From: Chrysomallon squamiferum
Lineage: Eukaryota > Animalia > Mollusca
NCBI GenBank assembly: GCA_012295275.1
Contig: CM022676.1
Span: 5,394,001-5,458,000 of the forward strand
Length of the DNA: 64,000 nt
Direction: 5' to 3'
Shown here: in pieces, positions 54,607-64,000 of the stretch
How positions within the stretch are numbered: the stretch's first letter is position 1
How the letters are laid out: every line of letters starts with the position of its first letter
Made by a program: the position numbers and the translations under genes
The notes under the pieces: model-generated
Told to the model about the DNA's origin: nothing
What the model saw: the letters and a program-made list of their open reading frames with translations, nothing else
The model's database searches: none

Positions 54607-55482
54607 TTATTATGACAATATTTAATTCAGGTTGCTTAATTTCAGTAAAATTATAACAGGGAGCAATAGAAACAATCACTTATTATATTTCTTAAAATAA
54701 CAGTATTAATATCTACAGTATTATGCTTGTAAAATAGTTTTAACTCTTTATAATACAACAGTATTAATAAAGACAAAATATTTATTCAAACAGAATTAAT
54801 ATCATATTTGATATATTAATAAATTCTAATTTTTTCCATACATTTATTTAACATTAGTATTCATATATATTAATTGTGTATATATATATATATATTAAAT
54901 AATGATAATATTAATCATTATCATTATTACTATTTATTAATAATGTCCATATATTTGTTTTATTATAGTATTCTCTGTATGTCTGTATGTGTGTGCACAT
55001 GCATATGCATGTTCTTGTTTGTCTATGCTCAATGAATTTCAGTATTCAATTATTTAACAACAATCTTAATTTGTTAATTTTTATCAGTATTCATATAATA
55101 TATACTGTACTGTTATGTTTTTGTTACAAAATTAAAATACTTTGTTATTTAGACTGATAGATTAAATAAACTTTATTGCACATGGTGTAAAAATGAAAAA
55201 TATTTGATATGAAAAATTTGAATATAAAATGTATATAGTTTCCTGTGTAATAAACCGATATATATATATATTGTAACTTCTAAACAAGTTCAAACAAGAG
55301 TAATTCTACAGTATTAAATTGACAGATAATTAATACTATTTTATATATTTTATATTATTATTATAATACTTCTTGCTGTGTATTTTTGTTAGATCTGTTT
55401 TACACACACACATATACATGTGGTGTCTGTAGATTTTAAAGAGCAATAAAGATTTTATTTACATATTTTTATTTGTATTTTA

Positions 55483-55536
<54 letters not shown>

Positions 55537-56341
55537 TAATACAGAAATGGAAATTTTATGTATATATATATATATATGCATTATTTGCTATTCAAACTAA
55601 TTCTCCAATATTTGATAATTATTTGACCTTTACCGTATCCTACAACTATTTCTCAAATTACTATTATTTATATTTCTGATGCTGCTACTATTTTTACTAC
55701 TACCGGTATGACCGACTATTAATATTACTGTTCTACTTTTATTATAAAATACTACTACTATTACAACTACTACTACTACTACTACTATTAATTTGTTATT
55801 ATACTATCGTCAAGTTATAAATGCTTAGAATGTAACATCTGTATTAAAAAAGTAATAAAATGGACAGAAACGATGGATTTCTGCTTTTATCTTGTTGAAC
55901 GTAAACCGAAATTCTCAGTTGTCGAGTGACCTGTTCAGTTTGTTCTCTTCCACATCTCTTATTGTAGAGTTGTTGAAAGACGAGGTCATGAATAGTGTAA
56001 AGGGAACTGTATTTTGTTCAGTAAATAAACTACTAAATGTAATATTAATAGGAGTAAATCGCAATCGATATTCTTGCATCAACGCAGAATCAGTCTCAAC
56101 TCCCATTCTGATACTGTTATTGACTCGAATCATGGAAGGTAATGAGTAGATAACTGTTTCGTTCTTTCAGCTAACTAGGTCATTCGACGTTGAAGGTGCA
56201 ACGTCATGTGTATATCGGGCTCATACAGTTTTGTTTTTCGAGAAACAAGTGAAACAAATAACTAAGAAATATATTTAGAAAACAGATTGAGAATAGTGTT
56301 TCTATATATAAGTATTTATTTGAGACAAACGTGTAACGTTT

Positions 56342-56414
56342 GGTTCGGTAGTGTAGTGGTTATCACGCTCGCCTCACACGCGAGAGGTCCTGGGTTCGAC
56401 CCCCAGCCGAACCA
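56342..56414 (+). tRNA. trnV-CAC: tRNA-Val(CAC)
   Basis: 73-nt cloverleaf: acceptor GGTTCGG/CCGAACC, anticodon arm CTCGC-CTCACAC-GCGAG, T-loop GGTTCGAC; upstream TATA at about 56303-56311. Confidence 0.98.
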
Positions 56415-56419
56415 TTTTT
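56415..56419 (+). terminator. Pol III terminator (T5)
   Basis: TTTTT immediately after the tRNA. Confidence 0.9.
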
Positions 56420-56774
56420 GAAAAAAATGTTTTGTTAGTCATAAAAACCTTCACATATTTATATTAATTTTATTTATTGATGAAGTTTTATTTTCAATTT
56501 ATTTTGTTTAATAAAGGAAAAAGTATTTGTGAATACAGTGTAGAATTTTACATAATAGAAGACTATTTCCTGTTTCAGCCACAATTCCTCTACTGATTTA
56601 TCAATATAATATGTTTTACTGCTATCGGTAAGGTGTACACAAAATAATTCTTGCTGCTGTAAAGTTTTGATAGCAAAATCTGCCCTCTTTCATCTTATCA
56701 TTGTATTCTCATTTAGACATACATACATACAGACACAAACACACACAGACGAACATATACTAATTTACATCCAC

Positions 56775-56898
<124 letters not shown>

Positions 56899-57834
56899 CC
56901 AATAATAATATTTAAAATATTTATGAGTTAGTTATTAAAATACGTTGTTAAAATATTCATTCCATTCATTCAGCTCTTGGTTAACAATTTGTGCTTTTTT
57001 CTAAATATTAACATCATTTTTAATTTATTCATTTACTTTTACTGATGATAATGAAAGAATCATTGAGCCTTGCCTGTTACTACTGTCTTGCAAGATTTAA
57101 ATTTTTTTTTTTAAAAGTATTTCTAAAACATTAAAAAATATAATATTATATAAATCTAACCATTCATAATCTTCAGAACACTGCAAAATTTTGGGGTTTA
57201 CTCTGGACTTTTAAACAAGTTTATTGTTATTACTAAAACAAAAATACTGTATCAGAAAAACTCTCAAGTGAAATATTTTGGTTTAAATATCAAAAATATA
57301 TTGTAATTTCATATTTAGAGCTGTTTTAAGTTACTGCTTCATTCAGGTATTAGGCAAAATAGATTATCAGCAAAAACAATAATTATAACAATAACAAGAA
57401 TAATAATTATGTTAACTACAACAACAACGTTTTTTAACTGATACATTTTAATAGCATTACAATGAATTAAAACTAATTCATATAACAAAGATTTAAAAAT
57501 AAACAATTTATGATATCTATTTGTAAAATGATATACGGTGAACTGCTGTAACAAACATAACAAAATATTTATTTACAGTTAACAATAATCTGGCATCTGC
57601 TTCAGAAAATAAAATATTTAATTATTATTACACAAAAAAAAACAACAACAACAACATTACATCAACAATTTATTAATGTTTTTATTTTACAAAATAAAAA
57701 GTATAATTATTGACACAAGAAATAAATGACAGTCAACAATTAATTAACAATCTAATATCTGCTTACAAAAATAAAATGACACAAGAATTTAGCATTCAAA
57801 AAAATCAAAACAATAAAAATAATAATAATAATAA

Positions 57835-57874
<40 letters not shown>

Positions 57875-59940
57875 TTCATTAATATGTGAATACTACAGGT
57901 AAATTCCTGCCATTTTGGAATGTTCAAAGATATATTTTTATTAATTAGTCGTAAAGCTGTAAAATTTTGTAACAGAATCAATGTCTTGAAATCTTCAGAT
58001 GAAGGCAGTGTCTACAAAACTTGAAAAAAAAAAATGTCTACAAAATTTAAAACGGAACTTAAATGTAAGATTTAAAATGAATCAGTATCTACAAAACTTA
58101 AAACTGAAATATCAAAACTTAAAACATAATTAAAACCTCAAATTATTCACAACCACATCAAATAAGATTCTACAGAATGTTAAACTAAATTAATGTCTGC
58201 AGGCATTAATATCTTTGTGAAATCTTAGTTATCTACAAAATTTTAAAATTAAATGTCTTTGAAATTTCTACCTAAAACAGGAGCTGAATTAAAAGCATGT
58301 ATTTGCAAAATCTGAACTATAATAAAAATTACATAAAAATTAGTTTATTTTATATTTCATTTAATTTAACTTTGGCACAGTTTAATTATTAATTATACAT
58401 AAAAAAAACCCCAACAATATCTGCCATTGTAAAAATTAAAAATTAAGTTAATTTCTGTTTGTTACAGTGAATACAATGGTTTTTTTTATTCCAATGAAAC
58501 AGATATTTTATCAATGAATAACAAAAAAAAAATATATATATATTCTTCATTTCTTAAATGTTTTGTGCCTGTATACTTTTTAGAACATTTCTAAAGGACA
58601 TGGCAAACAGGAAAGAATAAATTAGAATTCACTTACAAATAAAAAAAATTAAACATAAAGAACAAAAAAATTTATTTTCTTCATTTTCCTAACATTGTAT
58701 GATTTAGCTTATCTCCTATTCATTATTATATTTCTCTGTTACTTTCTTTTCAACAGATGTCAATTTTCTGTTAACAAAAAAATAATTCTGACCCTATTTT
58801 AACAACATAAATGGATCATCTGGTTAAAAGACAATATATTATAACATGAAAAATTCATGAAAAAAAATTGTACATATTATGTAGGATGAAAAACTGTATA
58901 AAAATAATATCTGCATAGATGTAAATGATTTGTTTGCCTGCAAAATTAGCATTTGTTAACTTTGTACCCGGATATTATGACACAAGAGACAATACGTAAC
59001 AAAATCAGTAACAATTAATTTTAATTTATTAATTTATTTTATAAATCTATATATATTTTTTAATTTTATATGCATCTTTTGTATTATTATACTTTATTAT
59101 TATATATTATTTTATTTTATTTTATTTCTTGGATAAATATTTATTTATTTATTCATTTTTTGATTAGTTCATTCTTTATTAAATGATTACATTTTTAATT
59201 TATTAATTAATTTTTTAACTTATACATTTATTCAATTAATTATTAATTTACAAAACAATTATTTCAAAACAAAATCAAAATCAAATTATATCTGTAACAA
59301 CAATATCTTGGTTATAATGGTTCTAAAAATAGAAACCTTTTCAAACATTTGAATTAATAATATATTTTTTTTAAATATAAAGATTGTTCAAACTTTATTA
59401 AAGCTTAATAAACCAGAAGCCTTTCTTTCATTTTATGAATGCACTGCATAATAATATTCATATACCACTTTTCTATTTTATTATGTGTGTGTGTGTGTGT
59501 GTTTCTTTAAATACACACACAGACACACACACATACATACAAATACATAAACATATCAGACCTTATACCCATTTCATAAACAAAATCAGATGTAATTAAA
59601 AAGAACAAAAAATGTTTGCAATTTAATATTAAAAAAAATATACTTTTATTCTGTCCGTAAGTCCTGTATGTATGTATCTGTGTGTGTGTGTGTGTATGTG
59701 TGTATGTTTGTATAGGTGTGTGTGTAGTATGTGTGTATGAATATTCTTTCTGTAAAGTGTATATTAATATCAGTGTGGTATGAATATATATATATAAGTA
59801 TGTCTGTGTGTATATTAATATATATGAACACATCTGTGTGGTATGTATGTGTATGTATGTGTCTGTCTGTGTGTGTGTGTGTGTCTGAGTGTGTGTGTGT
59901 GTGTGTGTGTGTGTCTGTGTGTGTGTGTGTGTGTGTCTGT

Positions 59941-60099
59941 CTGTCCTGCTGGTGCTCCATCATTTATGTGTGTATGAATATTCTTTCTGTAAAGGTATAT
60001 TGTATTCTTGTGTGGTATGAAATATATATACTACTGTCTGACAGTATTTCTTTATTATGAAACATTGTGTCCCTTTTCCAACAGTCCCTCTATCACTTT
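59941..60099 (-). CDS. GGT1: GGT terminal exon, disrupted (KVIEGLLEKGHNVS** ... GAPAG in the same frame)
   Basis: Acceptor ttacag| at 60100-01; stops at 60057 and 60054; GAPAG at codons 48-52 resembles the GGT C-terminal GGEPAGY. Confidence 0.6.
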
Positions 60100-60949
60100 C
60101 TGTAAATCAGTAATAATAATAATGATAATAACAATAATAATAACAATAATAAAAAATAATAATAATCATAATAACAATAATAACAAAATAAATCATAATA
60201 ACAATAATAACAAAATAATAATAATAACAATAATAACTTAAATAGAAAATAAATAAAAATAATAATGGTAATAACAAAATAATAATAAAAAAATAATAAT
60301 AGAAAACAACAACAATAAGAATAATAATGATAATAATAATAATTAATAATAATAAATAAAATAAAAATAAAAATGGTAAAAAAAAAAATAATAATAACAG
60401 CAGAAATAACAAAATAATAATGGTAATAACAAAATAATAATAATAATAATAATAAAATAAAATGAATAATATAATAATAATAAAAAAATAGTAGTAGTAA
60501 TAATAGTAATAATAATAATTGTAAATAATAATAATAATAATAATAATAAAAGAATAGTAATAGTAAAAGTAGTAATAACAATAGCAATAATAACAATAAT
60601 AAAAATAAAATAATAATAATAGTAATAATAGTAGTAGTAGTAGTAATAATAATAATAATAAAAAAAGAACAAAAACAACAATAATAATGATAATGACAAC
60701 AATTGTGATGATGATTTAATATAATATGAAGAACAATAATATGAAGTCATCATAATAATTCTAACATATAATAACAACAACAATAATAATAAGGATAATA
60801 ATGATGATAATAATAAAGAATAATAAAAAATGGTAATGAAAATAATGATGATGACAGTAACTGCAACAGCAATGATGCCATTAATAACTCTGATTATATG
60901 ACAAAGATAATAATGAAAATATTTATAATAAACATGATGATGATAATAC

Positions 60950-61063
60950 CTGATTAAAACCTGCTTCATGCATGATGTAAGGAGGCAGTAGTTGATGATG
61001 CAAACGTTTGGTGTCGATGGCATGATTGATCTTCTTGCCAAACCACAACACATCAGATGATAC
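60950..61063 (-). CDS. GGT1: GGT exon (VSSDVLWFGKKINHAIDTKRLHHQLLPPYIMHEAGFNQ)
   Basis: Acceptor tttcag|, donor |gtatta, 114 nt; RLHHQLLP motif. Confidence 0.93.
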
Positions 61064-61560
61064 CTGAAACACAAAATAAAAATATTTATTAGATAACACA
61101 TTATACTGTACTGAAACACGAAATAATATTTATTAGATAACACATTATATTGTACTGAAACACAAAATATTTATTAGATAACACATTATATTGTACTGAA
61201 ACACAAAATAATATTTATTAGATAACACATTATGTACTGAAACACAAAATTATATTTATTAGATAACACATTATATTGTACTGAAACACAAAATAATATT
61301 TATTAGATAACACATTATACTGTACTGAAACACAAAATAATATTTATTAGATAACACATTATATTGTACTGAAACACAAAATATGTATTAGATAACATAT
61401 ATTAAAAATGACTGTAACACATAAATTTATACTACATAATACATCTTAAACACAAAAAATAATATTCATTATATAACAGATTATATTATACCAAAACAAA
61501 AAATAATATCTTTAAAACTCTTAAGTCACTAGAATATACTGAAACACAAAATAATATTTT
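61064..61560 (-). repeat. ~44-bp tandem array whose unit contains the GGT 3' splice site
   Basis: ctgaaacac(a/g)aaat at 61064 (true acceptor), 61111, 61155, 61196, 61237, 61281, 61325, 61369, 61539. Confidence 0.9.
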
Positions 61561-61853
61561 TTGGAAAACACATGCATCAGATAATACTTCAAACACAAAA
61601 CGTATTTTTTTATCAGTCACAAAATAATAATGTTGCAAAATGAAAACACTGAAAATAATGAAACACAAAATAATTCAGGTATCAATTCAGATATTTTTGT
61701 GAAAGCATAACTCTTTGGATGACTTGTAAACAGAAATTAACAATTTTATGTAAACACAATATTGTATATACTGTAATAATATTTTTTTCTTCTACTCAAC
61801 ACATAAAAGATGTCAAAGAAACACAAAAAATACCTTTAACCAGTAACACATTA

Positions 61854-62144
<291 letters not shown>

Positions 62145-62856
62145 TTATATTTAATGTTTAATCTAATAATTTATCAGGTACTTTTTATTTCAGTCTTTTT
62201 GTTTTTTCTCCTCGTTGCTAAGGACTAACTTATTTTTCTGGTTGAAATAGGATATACATCAGTCTTGGTGTTCTTTTATTATTATATTTTATTATCAACA
62301 AAGGTTGCTGATCAGTATTAAATAAAGAGAAATGTGGAATTCATGTAACATATACTTAAGGTAATTTCTATGAAACTCTGCAAGTAAATTTTAAAAATAT
62401 CAAACAAAAATGTTATTATTATTTATGATATTAAAAAGAAAAGATAAAAAAATGTAAAAAAAGAAATGCAAATCAAATATAAATATTCTATCTGAGATCA
62501 TTTCAAAATGGGAAATGAATAAAAAAAAAACCAAAAACTTGGTTGCATATCATTTTAAAAAATGAAAAAAAAAATTTAAAAATTTCAAATTTGGATTAAC
62601 AGTTTCAATTTTAATAACTGAATTTCAAAACTAAAAATCAGAATAAATTTTAAAAAAATCAGTACCATAAATTGATTTTAAAAACAAAAACCAAAAAAAA
62701 AAGAAATTTTTTTTAAAGTATAAAACCAAAATTTGATTAAAATTAATAAAAATTAAAATTGACAATTACAAAATTCCTGAAGATGAATAAAAAAAATAAT
62801 ATTATAAAAATTTAAAATATTTTAAAACTAAAATAGATTTAAAAAAAATTTCAAAC

Positions 62857-63044
62857 CACAGATTGACAGTTGAGGTGACAGAAACGGCGTTTCCAAACTG
62901 GTCCACAACAGCAAGATGAGCTGTGCTTGTCTTCACTTTGTCATCAGGCGGGAAACCATAGTAAGCCAGATTGTGCGTCTGATTGTCCCAGATCTTCTGT
63001 CGGATGTGACCAGCGAATTTGTGCGACGTTAAATTAGCGATAAG
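62857..63044 (-). CDS. GGT1: GGT exon containing the autocleavage site and catalytic Thr (TAHLAVVD...AVSVTSTVN)
   Basis: Ntn-hydrolase TAH motif; acceptor tttcag|, donor |gtttga. Confidence 0.97.
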
Positions 63045-63229
63045 CTGAAATACACGAAACAAAAATAGTTTAGTTTGTTAAAAATTTATTAAAGAATTTA
63101 TAAAATTCAGAAATGAAGTTAAAAAAAAAGAAGAAAAAAGAAAGAATGAATGTAAGTAGGTAAAGAAGAAATAAAAGAAAAGGAATGAAAATTTTTCAAA
63201 AAATATACTTACAGTAATAAAGATAACAA

Positions 63230-63518
63230 CAGATCTAACTTCAGATAATGTAGATATTATAAAATCTTATCATGGTATAAAGTAAACAAAAATGTCACTT
63301 CAGTTAATTTAGAAAATAATATATCTATGTTCAGGTGAAGTAGAAATAATATATATTAATTCAATTAAAGTTTAAAACACATCTCACTTCTGGTAATGTT
63401 AAAATAAAACATCTAACTTCAGATAACGTAGAAAAGTATACCTTACTTTGGTAATGTTTAAAATATTTATCAGATCTTGGGTAATGTAGAAAATAATATA
63501 TTGTAGTTATATATTGTA

Positions 63519-63555
<37 letters not shown>

Positions 63556-63900
63556 ACCTCTGCTAATGTTTAAAATAATATATTTGATCTTAAGGAATAT
63601 ACAAGATAATATAATATATCTTACATATAAAGTATGTATAATAATGTGTGTAATGTGCAATAAAAATATATCTCACCTGTGGTTATGTCTAAAATAATAT
63701 ATCTCATCTTGAGGAATACTGAAAATAATATATCTTACTTCATATAATGTGTAATAAAAAATATATCTCACCTCAGGTAAAGTGTTAAAAATATATATCA
63801 CCTCTGTTAATATTTAAAATAATATATATGTCATCTTGAGGAATACAGAAAATAATAAATCTTAGTTGAATAAAAAAATGTTATCTCACCTCTGGTAATG
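63230..63900 (-). repeat. degenerate tandem array whose unit contains the GGT exon end and 5' splice site
   Basis: atctcacctctggtaatg (true donor, 63883) with variants at about 63797, 63765, 63670, 63551, 63411, 63381, 63233. Confidence 0.85.
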
Positions 63901-64000
63901 GCTCATCACCCAGTTTCATTCTCAAAGCGTAAGCAAATTTGAAAGTTTCCACTATTCTGTGATAGGTTAAGATGGCCTGTTCATGTCTTCTCATACTGGA
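63890..64000 (-). CDS. GGT1: GGT exon, partial (ILTYHRIVETFKFAYALRMKLGD)
   Basis: Resembles GGT1 LTYHRIVEAFRFAYAKR; donor |gtgaga; continues beyond the window. Confidence 0.95.

Overview
AT-rich, microsatellite-laden animal genomic DNA; the protein sequences and SINE remnants suggest a mollusc, probably a gastropod (inference). (1) 1-36.3 kb, minus strand: a multi-exon capicua (cic) gene. I traced 16 coding exons by GT-AG sites and phase. They encode the CIC-L N-terminal region, the ATXN1-binding WHSLVPFL motif, the 14-3-3 site, the HMG box, and the C2 and C1 domains. A putative TSS/promoter lies at about 36.3 kb. The CDS has 6-7 reading-frame disruptions, mostly at short repeats, probably long-read consensus errors. 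(2) 36.3-49.3 kb: a CpG-richer intergenic block with a ~400-bp-arm inverted repeat, palindromes and SINE/DNA-transposon remnants. (3) 49.4-53.7 kb, plus strand: a CFAP68 (C11orf1) ciliary gene with RFX X-boxes; its middle exon is triplicated and garbled. (4) An intact tRNA-Val(CAC) at 56342-56414. (5) 59.9-64 kb, minus strand: the 3' part of a gamma-glutamyltransferase gene with a disrupted last exon. The most striking unexplained pattern is that, in all three genes, intron edges carry local duplications or tandem arrays that copy the adjacent splice donor, acceptor or branch point. Similarities to human proteins are from memory; no searches were run.
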